DNA of 63,104 nucleotides, filler included, from Stramenopiles sp. TOSAG23-3 (Eukaryota): the NCBI GenBank assembly GCA_900128585.1. It is 5 parts of 5 records of this genome, joined end to end, with 100 filler letters (N's around TTAATTAATTAA, not from the genome) between each part and the next. Parts side by side here need not be neighbours in the genome. Positions count along the whole stretch, not along the records: positions 12,673 to 25,236 come from LT642680.1; positions 25,337 to 37,867 come from LT642681.1; 3 more parts are not named here. One strand, given 5' to 3'. Under the pieces are notes generated by a model. The model ran no database searches and was not told the DNA's origin. It saw only the letters and a list, made by a program, of their open reading frames with translations. Numbering within the stretch: the first letter of the stretch is position 1; each line of letters opens with the position of its first letter. Position numbers and translations under genes: made by a program. Below are positions 18,962-30,800 of the stretch, piece after piece.

Positions 18962-21900
18962 ATGCCAGTACAACTAGACCTTCTGAACGAATTACCGCCG
19001 GAAGGTTCCCTGAAACCCAACTACAGCAAACGGGAAAGGGTCCTCAAGCACGACAAAGAACATTTAGTAAGAATATCAAACGATCGCGCCGAAAATGTTA
19101 AGCAGCAGTTGGAAAAAGTGCACACGGTTGATCCAAAAGGGCTGCTCGGCAACCCGAAAGGGACTACTATGGCAGAGAAGCAGCTTGAGTACAGGCCACT
19201 GGGCGAGCAGCACGCCGTAAGGAAAGTAGCCGTTGGGCAACAGTTTGTTCCCTCGCCGCCCAACAACAAAGCAAGGAAACGGGAGCGGAAAAGTCCAGCA
19301 TCCAGGATTTACAAAAATAGGATCGATCCGAACACGTCGGCGCTTTATGAGGCGAAAAGGGCGGGGCAAAGTTCCCGGTTGCTAAAAAGGATGGGGGGGC
19401 GCAAGAAAGGGTCCGTATCTGGTAACCCGATACCCCTCCGGGCCCAGCAGCAATACTTGGGGTATTTGAACTCGGGGGGTGTTTATAGTTCTGAGTACAA
19501 CATGCCCTTTTTACAAGCAACAGTAGAGGCGCACGGACACAACGATAACGCCAGCGTTGCAAGCTCGGAGGCATCGAACTACACGCTGTCGATGGGGAAC
19601 GGGGAGCTGAACCGAATATCGGCAGTGGCCCAGTATAAATTTGGGATATACAAAAAAGTTGGCGCGTCCGAGCAGACTGAGGACCAACTGGAAGAAACAA
19701 AGTTCTCACTAAAGGAAGAAGACTTCTCAAGGAGAAAACACTCGAAAGGAAGGTCTAGGCGCAGAAGAAAAAGGCACGCAAAGAAGAGGCAACCTGGATT
19801 ATCTATAGGAAAAATGGATATGTCACGTTCCCCCGTGACTACAGATTCCCAGCACTCCCACGTCGACTGGGACGAAGGCAGGTCCTCATTACTTCGGAGA
19901 ACTCATAGAGACATAAGCGCGGTCCTGGGACAAGACTTTGCAAAACAACAATTTGAATTCGCCGGTGACACGGGCGCTCAAAAAGAAAAAAAGTCCGACG
20001 AAGGTATTGCGAAACCACCGCAAGGGTCTGGAGCACTGTTGAAAGTTCTTGAAACGTCCCCCGAACTTTCCAGCGTCACAAACTTGAAAAAGCCACACTT
20101 TCACGCCCTGTCAAAATCGTTTTCAACAGTTTCTGTAACAAAAGGGACTGTTATCTGCCTGAAAAATGAACCTGGATTGTACATTGTAAAAGAGGGCGTT
20201 GCTACAATAGCTACGACCAACACGCTGTTGGAAGAAAACAATTATTTCGGGGCAAACTCTTTATTTTCGGACCTCGATATCAATGTTTCTGCGACGTCGG
20301 CTACTTTGGTTTTATGGAAACTGCCCAGGCTGCAGTACCACGCCGTAATGTACGGTTTGGGCCAGGGGCAAACAGCCACAGAATCGCAAACGAAACGCCA
20401 AATGCCAGCATTTTTGTCCGGATTCCCTGCCGAAATCTTAGATTCCATCGAGAAGCATATAAAGGGGAAGATTTATAAGCCCGGGACGGTCCTCGTGCAA
20501 GGAGGAAATCGAATAAAGACAATTACCACCGTCCTATCGGGTGAATTAAGTTACAAATTCCATAACAGTTCTGATGTTAGCCATGCTGCCAACATGAAAA
20601 ATTGTTTACGCGCTGGCGATAATGTTGGGTTTGGCGAGGTACTCTCTCGGGATGAAGCTTCCATAGCAGAAGGCGATATTGTCGCAGATTCTGACGTGGC
20701 CGTTATAGAGTTCGACATCAACGGGGTGCCCGGCGATTGTCCTTCACGGGGGGCGTTAAAAGAGCTATGTTTACACTTCTCCAAAATCGAGCTTTTGAGG
20801 AAAGTGGAGCTATTCAAAACCTTCCCCATTGCAAAACTGGGCGCCCTGGCAGAACAGTGCATGTATTTGGACTACAAGCCGAACAAAAAAATTATTAGGG
20901 AAGGGGACATAGGGCGTCACATGTACATAATTAGAAAAGGCGAAGTCAAATTCGAACGGTACAGAAAAGGCATACCGGACACTTTGGGGCACCTGTTTAC
21001 AAACGATTTTTTTGGCGAAGGGTCGATTGTTACCCAAAATACAAGGCGCTGCTCGGCAGTTGCTTTGGTGCACACATTTTGCCTAGAGCTTCCCGGAAAG
21101 GCAGTAAAGGAGGCGTTTGGCGCCGGGCTGCAATCGTCGTTGGGGAGAACTTTTCTTGTGCGACAGCAGGTGGAGATGGAAGACCACGAGCATTTGTTTG
21201 AATTCAAGGATATTGTCCCGATCCGAAAAATTGGAAAAGGAGCATTTGGGAGAGTAATATTGGTAAGGCACACGATCACGGGGAAAACTTTCGCTTTGAA
21301 AGAGCTAGACAAAAATTACATAGAAAGTTCAGGAACCGGGCTGCACGTCCAGCGCGAGCGAATAATTCTCTCTAAACTAAAGTACCACCCCTTTCTATGC
21401 AACTTGGTGCGAACATTTAACGTATCAAACATGGTATACTTCATGATGGACCCGGTATTGGGCGGAGATTTGTACTCTCACCTTCGTCGGTTTGGAAAAT
21501 TCCCAGAAAAAACGTGCAGGTTTTATGCAAGTCAGATGGTCAGCATGTTGCAGTATTTGCACAAAGAAAACATCATTTTTCGAGATTTGAAGCCTGAAAA
21601 TTTGTTGCTTGAACAAACTGGGTATTTAAAATTGGTGGATTTCGGCCTTTCAAAGATTGTCACGCCAAATTCAGAAACGTATACAATGTGCGGAACGCCA
21701 ACGCACTTAGCCCCCGAGGTTTATTTCGGCAAAGGCTATGGAAAAAGCGTAGACTGGTGGAGTCTCGGAGTTGTCATGCACGAGATGTTAAATGGGTACG
21801 TCCCATTTGTTGGATCATCCCCTGAAGCAATTTTTAGTGAAATCTGCAGGTACTCAAAAGTGTACCCGAACGTATCGTTCCCAAACCATGTTTCAGCCCC

Positions 21901-22174
21901 AGGGGTAGATTTGCTAACTCGGCTTCTCAACCCCTCTGCAGCAGCAAGGATTGGCACTGGCGTTAATGACAACATGAAATTATTAAACCATTCTTTTTTT
22001 GGCAAATCGTTCTCTTGGGCAGATTTGATCGCCCAGAGGATACGGCCCAAGTTTATTCCTGATGTGATGGACATGTACGATACCACAAATTTTGACGGTG
22101 GGCCGGAGGAATTCATCTTGCCCGTTCCCGATGCAACAACAACAATTGACCCACAATGGTGCCGTGATTTTTGA
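18962..22174 (+). CDS. cGMP-dependent protein kinase-like (three cNMP-binding domains plus AGC kinase)
   Basis: cNMP motifs LYIVKEG..YFG, VGFGEV, IIREGDIGRHMYIIRKG..FFGE. Kinase motifs IGKGAFGRV, FALK, FRDLKPEN, DFG, TMCGTPTHLAPE, VDWWSLG; AGC tail DTTNFD. Confidence 0.9.
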   Translation: MPVQLDLLNELPPEGSLKPNYSKRERVLKHDKEHLVRISNDRAENVKQQLEKVHTVDPKGLLGNPKGTTMAEKQLEYRPLGEQHAVRKVAVGQQFVPSPPNNKARKRERKSPASRIYKNRIDPNTSALYEAKRAGQSSRLLKRMGGRKKGSVSGNPIPLRAQQQYLGYLNSGGVYSSEYNMPFLQATVEAHGHNDNASVASSEASNYTLSMGNGELNRISAVAQYKFGIYKKVGASEQTEDQLEETKFSLKEEDFSRRKHSKGRSRRRRKRHAKKRQPGLSIGKMDMSRSPVTTDSQHSHVDWDEGRSSLLRRTHRDISAVLGQDFAKQQFEFAGDTGAQKEKKSDEGIAKPPQGSGALLKVLETSPELSSVTNLKKPHFHALSKSFSTVSVTKGTVICLKNEPGLYIVKEGVATIATTNTLLEENNYFGANSLFSDLDINVSATSATLVLWKLPRLQYHAVMYGLGQGQTATESQTKRQMPAFLSGFPAEILDSIEKHIKGKIYKPGTVLVQGGNRIKTITTVLSGELSYKFHNSSDVSHAANMKNCLRAGDNVGFGEVLSRDEASIAEGDIVADSDVAVIEFDINGVPGDCPSRGALKELCLHFSKIELLRKVELFKTFPIAKLGALAEQCMYLDYKPNKKIIREGDIGRHMYIIRKGEVKFERYRKGIPDTLGHLFTNDFFGEGSIVTQNTRRCSAVALVHTFCLELPGKAVKEAFGAGLQSSLGRTFLVRQQVEMEDHEHLFEFKDIVPIRKIGKGAFGRVILVRHTITGKTFALKELDKNYIESSGTGLHVQRERIILSKLKYHPFLCNLVRTFNVSNMVYFMMDPVLGGDLYSHLRRFGKFPEKTCRFYASQMVSMLQYLHKENIIFRDLKPENLLLEQTGYLKLVDFGLSKIVTPNSETYTMCGTPTHLAPEVYFGKGYGKSVDWWSLGVVMHEMLNGYVPFVGSSPEAIFSEICRYSKVYPNVSFPNHVSAPGVDLLTRLLNPSAAARIGTGVNDNMKLLNHSFFGKSFSWADLIAQRIRPKFIPDVMDMYDTTNFDGGPEEFILPVPDATTTIDPQWCRDF

Positions 22175-22426
22175 ACACGTTGCTCCGATTAAGTACGAAA
22201 AAAAAACATGATTCAGTTTATTCGAGAAGAAACAAAGTAATTGAAGACAAAAGAAGAGTTGGGGTTCCTTTTCGGTACTGGCACCGGGCGGCTGGTGGCA
22301 TGGCATGCCGCTTCGCTCTTTTTGTTATTTTTTAGATATAAAAAACAAATTATATAGTATGTTTTAAGATGAGAGCTATTTAATTATAAGAGTAAAAAAA
22401 TGACCATTGCTACATTATTTAAAAAA

Positions 22427-22699
22427 ACAGGAAAAAAATTGGCTGTTATTTAAGTAATTAAAATTAATGTACCGCGAACTGAAATCTAGATTTAGACATT
22501 CTAGGTTTGCATTCCATCATAAACTGCGAACTTAACTATCATTCTCAGATGTGGTACTCCATTGATGATCTGAATCAGTAAATGGATTAACACTGCTTTA
22601 TATTAAAAACAAGAAAATTGGCTGTTATTTAGCACTGCTTTATTATAAAAAAACAAACCAAGATAAAAACAAGAAAATTGGCTGTTATTTAAGTAATTA
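22427..22699 (+). repeat. Long copy (22427-22587) plus two short core copies (22609, 22669) of the dispersed element
   Basis: Aligns with 32318-32524 apart from one ~50-bp indel. Core is AAAATTGGCTGTTATTTAAGTAATTA. Confidence 0.9.
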
Positions 22700-22803
22700 G
22701 ATATAATTGAAAATAGTGTTTAAACTCATAATTCTTATGTTACGAATAAGCAGCGTGTTAAAAAAAAAAACTAATGAAGTAGTAAAGTACTTTCTAAATA
22801 TTA

Positions 22804-24056
22804 ATGGGACAACTGGGTAATATGTTGTTGGTCTGCTTGGTCTTGCTTTTGAGCATGGGCCACATATCTACTGCTGCCAACTGGACGATGGATACCTCCA
22901 TTGGTGCGACGAAAAATTGGAATGTTATTGACTCCTCGGCAAACGGGACAAAGCTGGTGGCTGCTGTGTATGGTGGCAATATATGGACCTCCAGCAACAG
23001 CGGTGCGACCTGGACGGAAGATACCTCCATTGGCGCGACGAAACAGTGGCGGGGTATTACCTCCTCGGCAGACGGGACGAAGCTGGCGGCGGCTGCTCAA
23101 AATGGCAACATATGGACCTCCAGCAACAGCGGTGCGACCTGGACGGTAGATACCTCCGTTGGTGCGACGAAAAATTGGTATGNNNNNNNNNNNNNNNNNN
23201 NNNNNNNNNNNNNNNNNNNNNNNNNNNNNNNNNNNNNNNNNNNNNNNNNNNNNNNNNNNNNNNNNNNNNNNNNNNNNNNNNNNNNNNNNNNNNNNNNNNN
23301 NNNNNNNNNNNNNNNNNNNNNNNNNNNNNNNNNNNTGCGACCTGGACGGTAGATACCTCCGTTGGTGCGACGAAAAATTGGTATGGTATCACCTCCTCGG
23401 CAGACGGGACGAAGCTGGCGGCGGTTGAGTATGGTGGCAACCTATGGAATTCCAGCGACAGCGGTGCGACCTGGATGGTAGATACCTCCGTTGGTGCGAC
23501 AAAAAGTTGGACTGGTATTGCCTCCTCGGCAGACGGGACGAAGCTGGCAGCGGTTGTGAATGGTGGCAACATATGGACCTCCAGCAACAGCGGTGCGACC
23601 TGGACGGAAGATACCTCCGTTGGTGCGACAAAAGGTTGGTATAGTATCACCTCCTCGGCAGACGGGACGAAGTTGGCGGCGACTGTGGTGGGTGGTGGCA
23701 ACATATGGACACTTGTTTTACCAACAACAACAACCACAACAGAAGCACCAACGACAACAACCACAACAGAAACACCAACGACAACCACAACCGAAGCACC
23801 TACAACCACAACAGAAATGACTACAAACACAACAGAAACTCCAACGACAACCACAACAGAAACTCCAACGACCACAACCACAATCGCAAGCAACACAACC
23901 ACAACCGAAGCACCAACAACGACGACGACAAGCACAAGCAACACCACCACCGAAACAAATAGCAACGAATTAAGTGCTGGTATTCGCTCAAAACGATACT
24001 GTGAAATGTCGTCCGTGGCAATTGTTTTGACGATGATGTGGGTATTTATAAATTAA
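22804..24056 (+). CDS. Secreted, probably GPI-anchored surface protein: 43-aa Asp-box/BNR-like propeller repeats plus a Thr-rich stalk (spans an N gap)
   Basis: Signal peptide MLLVCLVLLLSMGHISTA; repeats WTxDTSVGATKxWxxITSSADGTKLAA...GGNIWTSSNSGAT; TTTTEAPTT stalk; hydrophobic C-terminus. The frame changes only across the N gap. Confidence 0.8.
22882..23710 (+). repeat. 129-bp coding tandem repeat
   Basis: Units start at 22882, 23011, 23140, then after the gap at 23343, 23472, 23601. Confidence 0.92.
23183..23335. other. Intra-scaffold N gap inside the 129-bp array
   Basis: The same 50 bp flank both sides (23133-23182 = 23336-23385), so the copy number is unresolved. Confidence 0.95.
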
Positions 24057-24327
24057 AGGAAGTGAGCGAGCGAAGCGAGCGAACATAAAGTATTTAAACT
24101 TTATATATATTTAAAACAAAATTTAAATAAAACTGTTTCAAAATAGCGAGCGAATTAACTACTTAATGATTCAGATCATATGCAGCGGCCTAATAAATGA
24201 ACAAGCAGAAAGCAATTTAAAAGCGATAGGAAAAGCATTATCGCGTTCAGCACGGCAATTGGGTGTAACTGATACACCAATTAAATACGAACACAGACGG
24301 AAGCTCAACCTTCTCGACGGTCATGGC

Positions 24328-24410
24328 NNNNNNNNNNNNNNNNNNNNNNNNNNNNNNNNNNNNNNNNNNNNNNNNNNNNNNNNNNNNNNNNNNNNNNNNN
24401 NNNNNNNNNN
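24328..24410. other. Intra-scaffold N gap
   Basis: 83 N with no linker sequence. Confidence 0.97.
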
Positions 24411-24640
24411 CGAACCTATAAATTACGGAACACAGCCCGAGGTGGAGATACGTGATTATGAGGATTATGATTGGGTTCAGGATCGTATGATAACATATCA
24501 TAGGAATGATAATGATGGTCTCAACCGATTTTGATTTTCATGATTTTTATTAGCCATAGTCACGAATTGACCTTACAATTGAGATAATCTTGAGAGTCTT
24601 AAAACATACTATATAATTAGTGTTTTTTGATATGTTTTTA

Positions 24641-24660
24641 AAATAAACAGCCAATTGTTT
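24641..24660 (-). repeat. Degenerate core copy of the dispersed element
   Basis: Reverse complement reads AAACAATTGGCTGTTTATTT, about 50 bp past the CFAP58 stop. Confidence 0.6.
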
Positions 24661-24710
24661 TATTTTATTAGTGATATGTTAAGTAAAATTCATCGGACAG
24701 GGGGTTAATT

Positions 24711-25235
24711 TTAGTTGTTCCCTTGGAGATTGAATCCTCCGCCAGTGAACCTAGAAACCGATGCTTGTGCATTTGCCTGCTGCAGGGCAGCGCGGGAATC
24801 CGCTCCTCCTTCCATGGGCATTTCCATGCCCGCACTTTTCTTCATCCTTTCTCTCGCCAGCTGGTCCCGCCTCTTCTGTTCATAGTATTTGCGTTTCACG
24901 TCTTGCAGCTCTCTAGTTAGCCGCTCAATGTCGAATTTGTACTCGTTCACTTGGGCTTGGTGCATATTCAGTTCACTAGCCATAGCTTTCATCTGTCGAG
25001 TTTTTTCTTTCAAATTATGCTGGTAAACGCTCAACTGCTCCGCAACCTCTGGACCCGGCTGCCTTGCCAAAATGTTCTTTAGTTCAACGTACAGCTTTTC
25101 CTTCTCTTGAATCAAAAGGTCTTTTTCTACTACTTCTTCCGTTTTAGAGATAAGGCGCTTTTGCAACGTTTGGATCTTTTGAATCATTTCGTATGTCGCT
25201 GGATCGCTGCCTTCTAGTTTTCTCCACCGATGGAC
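24711..25235 (-). CDS. CFAP58: Cilia- and flagella-associated protein 58 (CCDC147), C-terminal part, 5'-truncated by the scaffold end
   Basis: VHRWRKLEGSDPATYEMIQKIQTLQKRLISKTEEVVEKDLLIQEKEKLYVELKNILARQPGPEVAEQL is the conserved CFAP58 C-terminal signature. Confidence 0.9.
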   Translation of the reverse strand, partial: VHRWRKLEGSDPATYEMIQKIQTLQKRLISKTEEVVEKDLLIQEKEKLYVELKNILARQPGPEVAEQLSVYQHNLKEKTRQMKAMASELNMHQAQVNEYKFDIERLTRELQDVKRKYYEQKRRDQLARERMKKSAGMEMPMEGGADSRAALQQANAQASVSRFTGGGFNLQGNN

Positions 25236-25236
25236 G

Positions 25237-25336
25237 NNNNNNNNNNNNNNNNNNNNNNNNNNNNNNNNNNNNNNNNNNNNTTAATTAATTAANNNNNNNN
25301 NNNNNNNNNNNNNNNNNNNNNNNNNNNNNNNNNNNN
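25237..25336. other. Artificial scaffold-joining linker
   Basis: N44-TTAATTAATTAA-N44. Confidence 0.98.
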
Positions 25337-26726
25337 ACAGTAAGTCTTCACCGGCCCCGCTCAAGCCTTTTTCCGATATTCTCTTCTTGACCTCGGCCTT
25401 GACCGAAATGATGCACTCGCCGAGCAACTTCAGCATTTGCTTCTCGTCCCGCAAACTGCTCAGGTCGTAGGCTGGCATCCAGAAATCTTCGAACCGTTGG
25501 TGCCCAATTACCAACTCCAAGAACACACACCCCGCGCTGAACATATCTGAAATAAATCCATCGTAGCTCTCCGCAAGAATCATCTCCGGGGCCATAAATC
25601 CTGGTGTGCCAGCCTTCTCCGTGAGGGTCTTTCCCCCTCCTGTCACGGTGCACATTCCAAAGTCTAGTAGCTTTAGTTTAAGGCTTTGGTTTCCTCCCTC
25701 AATGATGAGTAAGTTCTCAGGCTTAATGTCGCGGTGACAAACGTTCATGTCGTGCAGATAGTCAAGGCCGGATACCAGCTGCTTCATCAGCGACTTCATT
25801 GTCGTTTCGTCTACGTGCGTCCCCTTACCCTGCATCTCTTCCAGGTAATCATACAGGTCCCGATGGCCGCGTTCTACGACCAAATAAAGGTATTTCTTCG
25901 TTTGTATAACGTCGAACAAGATCAATATGTTCGGGTGCGAAGCTTCCCGCAGTATTCGTATTTCGTTAACGGCCCGCTCTAAACCTTTTATCGTTGTAAT
26001 TCGCTCTTTGTCAATAACTTTTATAGCAAGTTTCCTTTGAACTGAGCCAACATCTTGGGATACGCTTGCTGCCCTCACTTGGGCAAATTCCCCGCTTCCC
26101 AGGATATTTCCCATGCGATACTGTTCTATGTCGTTCTCTGTCTCGTAGGCTTTTTCTTGAATTTGCGGCAACGCAGCAAACTCACGAGTAAGCGTGGCCA
26201 ATCGACCCCAAAGCAGGTCTCGCAAACGTTTCTTGTTAACGTCATATTTATCGCGCAAAGTCACGAAATCGTTGTACAACTGTTTCTGTTGCTCGTGGAA
26301 GCTCTTAATAGACTGAGTGGCAAGGTCGAGACAGTCCTCTAATTCCTTTATATCCTTTTCTTTCTCCATGACGATTTCTTTAAGACGACGAATTTTCGCC
26401 AGAGTGCCATGCTTGCCACCTTGGACTGCCCACTCTGTCTGTGCGGTCACCTGTTCGAGAAACGAGCCTGGGATCATCGACTCCATAACGACGAAGTCAA
26501 GGTCGTCGGCTTCCATCATGTTCATTGCCTGGTTCCCATCTTGGCCCAATTCACACCTGTACTTTGCTTTTCTTGGACCCCCGCGTATTATGTTAGAAAT
26601 GTCTATGTGCGAATAAGCTTCGGTGGCGGCAGTACTTGGAGTGCCCCGGCATCGCCGGACGACGATACTACACTCGTAGAAGGTATCGACAGGCCCCGAG
26701 CTAGCTGTTGTGTTGGCGGTAGACAT
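25337..26726 (-). CDS. CAMK-group Ser/Thr kinase with an N-terminal coiled coil, 3'-truncated
   Basis: LGSGEFAQV, LAIKVIDK, HPNIL, CHRDIKPEN, LLDFG, AGTPGFMAPE, DMFSAGC. Runs off the scaffold edge. Confidence 0.9.
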
Positions 26727-27824
26727 ATTTTTAGAGTCGCTCAATTGCTGTGCAGTCCGTATTTTTTTGCGTCCCTTTCGTGCGAATGTCTGTTTTGAGA
26801 GGGTATTCAGATCGTCGCGGCACTTTCACATTTTACAAATTACTGGCACGTCGACTTTTTTACGGAAATTTCCTATGACAAAAAATCCACAATTGAGGCG
26901 TATTTTATGATAATTTTATCCGTGCGTCACTGCCACAGCGTGGCCTTCGTCGCACCAGCGCGGTGTAGTATTAATTTTACTAGGAACTTCACAGCAAGTA
27001 AAATGAATCCTCGGCGTATAATTTGGAATGCAGCGCGTGCATTTGTCCAGGAAAATATTAGTAGTAAATAACTAGAACACAGCATACTAAAGAAATAAAT
27101 CAAGCACCTGCAGTCGAATAAAATAACTAGTCCTAGTAACAATAATCCGCTATTTTTTATTATTATTAGCTATATAAATACGTATGCAACATCATTACAG
27201 CCACAGCGAATTCTTGTTTAAATCTTTGCATGCAGCGCAGCTGCTCAACAAACAAACAACTATTATTCTGTTTTTTCTTTTTTCTTCCTCCTTGTTTGTT
27301 CCTCGTAGTGCTATACTCGTACTTATTATCCATTACTTCATAGGAATAATACCTATCAGATTTGATGGTTGTCAGCAACCTGCTAAATTTCATTACCTTA
27401 GTTTTTTTGGTAGACCTATTTATATCTAAATTATTATAAATACGTACGTAGGGCAAATACGAGCTATAATGTCAATATAAAACTTGTACATTCTCAATCC
27501 AACTCACCATTGTATTCTAATCACCAACCATCGGTTGTTGTTCGGCAATAATAATAATAAATATATAATAATAATAATTATTATTATTTTTTATAAAAGA
27601 AGCTTTTTTGTAGTTTGTAGTACTAACCATCACAGAAGCTTTATTACACTGTGTGTACAGTTAGATAAAGGAAATACTTCGATTCGTTCTTGAAAGGTGA
27701 CATATTTATCAACAGCAGCAGCGCCGACTGGGCTCCAAGAAGTAGTATATTAAAGCATCGATTTTTCCACTTCGTACTTAATTTTAGCTTCTCGTGACTT
27801 TGGACACGTCGGAGGGCTTCAGAA

Positions 27825-30800
27825 ATGTTTCGAAGCCATGTTCGGGAAATGGTTTTTAACAAAGTTAACGTTTCCGTTCCATTAGCTGGGTGCAGGAGAA
27901 ACATGGTTGAATTCCAGCGTTCTTTGTCGATAAAGGTGTCTGGTAGCTTGGATTCTAAAGTGGAGGCGGGGGGGAAGCGGAAGCCATACCCTTACCAAAT
28001 AGTCGGTTCGAAAAGGAACGAATACGTATTTGTTGTTGACAAAAAATTCGCACGGCGTCACTACAACGGTGCGTCCTCTTTGTGGCGAGAGTACTGCAGG
28101 GTAAATTTTTTGAAACCTGGCGCAGAAATCAGTGTAAGTTTTTTCCCGGGCAACGCCCCCTCTGGATTGCAACAAAGTAACCGACTGCGACCTTTGGATG
28201 ATGTTAATTTAGCATACGCAATAGCGTCTGGCGGAGGAGAGTCAACTGCTGCCGACTTCATATCGTGGTTGGGCAGCTACGGAAATGGTCTTGGGTATTC
28301 AAAGCCTGTGGGCGCTTTTGGGAACAGTGCGCGTACAAAAGTACCATATAAAAAGACGAACCAGAAACCAAAACAGAATCCTGCACCGCAGGAAAAATCC
28401 CGTGTACAAAAATCGGACGCAGTTTTTTGCAAAAGCGTGCTCAACCGTGGTTACTGCAATGATATTGACTCGTGCAAGTACTCTCATGACTTGTCGAACA
28501 TGGGCAGCAGTTATAGAGTCTTTACTGTGGACAAGTTATTTTTCTATGAAACTTTAGAATCTCAGGCTTGGCAAGAGCAAGAAAAGCTATGGCTGAAAAT
28601 GGACGGAGGGGGCCAGGGGAGCGCGTCCATCAGATTGGTCAATGGCAAGAGTGCAACGATTGGAAAAAGTGAGCACCCGAATTCCTTCTATATCGTTGTC
28701 CACTCTGACGAAAAATCTGAAGTTGATGCAGTTGGAAGACGTGTTGCCAAGTCCTATAAGAATTGGAAAAAGAGTAAAAATAAGAATGTTAGTAAAGAAA
28801 AAAAATCAAAAAAGATTTGTTTTCATCTTCAGAAGTCCGGCCATTGCAAGGCAGGTCGTCAATGTTCATATAGTCATAATATTGAAGACCTTAATGTTCC
28901 ATCAAAAGTTATTGAGATGGACGGAAAATTTGCAAGAGCAGTTGACGAGCAAAGGCAGTTAATCGACAATCATTTTCTTACCGAGTTTGAAGATAAGGTG
29001 AAGTTTAAGACAATGCTTAGGAAAGGGAAGCAACAATGGTCAACGTTTGAGTATAACCACCCCGGTCCATTTGGACTTTTGTACGGCAAGACGGGTAAAG
29101 ACGCTCCTGCATTGGAGGAGGCTGCAAGTATTCTGCAGATGATGCGAAAGAATTGGGAAGAAGACCGAGCACTGCTTCGCGTAGAAAATCTTCGCGTAAG
29201 CGACATTCTTTTCGCTCAGATAAATTCTGGTGTAAGTGACATCCCGGAATCCCTTTTTCAGCAGCATAAATGCCAGATACGTCCCATCGACAAAGGGAAG
29301 CTACGCAATCATCTGAAGGTTGCGTCACTCTCCAAATCTGGCAACGACAAAGTGGTCAATGTCCTGCGTGATCGTAGCTTGAAGATTGAAGAGCAGACCC
29401 TTACCGCTACCATTCCGTTAGAAAAAGTAGGATTTTGCCAGAGGCTGATAGCGGATGTGCGTCGAAACGACATCGTGGCAAATGCCAACACGAAAAAAAA
29501 AAAGGCACAACTCGTCTCTGCCTTGTGCACAGGAATATCCAAGGGCCCAGTTTCTCTTCAAGTTTTCTCTTCTGATCCGGGGACAGCAAAAGGTTTTATG
29601 GATTCTGTTTTCGATAGACTTGACCGAGTGCGTTCGAAAGTTTTAGTGTTTCCAAGAAAATTATGCTACGGTGCTATGGGGACATTGCTTCCAAAGAAAT
29701 GGGTCTCGAGTTACGGAGATACTTCGAAATTTAAGAATGGTCGAAATGCTCTGGACGCTTGCGAGGTAAAATTAGATTCGCCGTTGAGTGGAGATGTCAT
29801 TGCGGTCCGGTTGGTTGGGACAGAGGAAGCAATTATGGAAACTGAGCGAAAGATACTGAAAGACGTTGGATACGCCGCTAGAAAATGGAAAGGGTATGAT
29901 AACAATGTTAAAATGAATTGTGGTACCGCCCTTGTCCCCATCAACGCGGGGGGCGCAATCATCGGCAAAGCAGGATCTACCATTAAGGCATTGGCCGACG
30001 AGTCTGGGGCAGAAATTCTTTTTGGGGGATTCGTGGTACACTCTGACGGCTCTTCGTGGAAAACATACAAAGTAGGGGATTCGTACGACGAGGGTATGCA
30101 ACGAATGATCCACGTAGTAGGGACTGAAGACCAAGTTTGTGCCGCACTAAAAATGATCGAAAATGTTTTGACGATGCACATGCACCAATCTAGAGCGTAT
30201 AATAATCACTCGTCCGGGAATCAAAGGTTTAAGAAAGTGAGGAAGGTGCGCCTGACAAAATTGCAACACGAGAAAAAAGTTCTGAATGAGCGAGCTGGGG
30301 AGACTGTAATAATATCGAGTGATATGACCCTGGAAACGCTGGCAGCTCGGATGAAATTTCAAGTCAATTTTCTTAGAAAAACGTTGAGAAAGTTAGGAGA
30401 GAAAAATATAGGCCCGACCTCAGTAGTACCAAGCGATATTGCAGAGTTGTTGGCACTGGAATGTGGAATGGCCCCGGAACTTGAATTGGAACCGTGTATT
30501 GATATTGAGCGGACCGACCACTCGAGCGATTCAAATCCAGACGCTTTAAAGCGCCATCCTATCGTAACGATAATGGGTCACGTTGATCACGGAAAAACCA
30601 CCTTGCTGGATTCTTTGCGCAAAAGTTCTATAGGAGCTTCCGAAGCTGGGGGGATCACACAGAGTTTGGGAGGTTTTACATACCAGAACAATGAAGGCGT
30701 CAACATAACCTTCATTGATACCCCTGGACACGCTGCGTTTGCCAACATGAGAGAAACTGGCGTCACAGCAGCAGACATAAATGTCGTTGTTATCAGTGCA

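Noticed and set aside
23183-23335. Frameshift or pseudogene in the propeller gene
   Set aside because: The frame change falls inside an N gap of estimated length.
22882-23710. CRISPR-like or DGR-like array
   Set aside because: The units are in-frame 129-bp protein repeats without unique spacers, no cas or reverse transcriptase gene is present, and the context is eukaryotic.
24166-24534. 122-aa ORF spanning an N gap
   Set aside because: Frame continuity across the gap is unknown and there is no recognisable motif.
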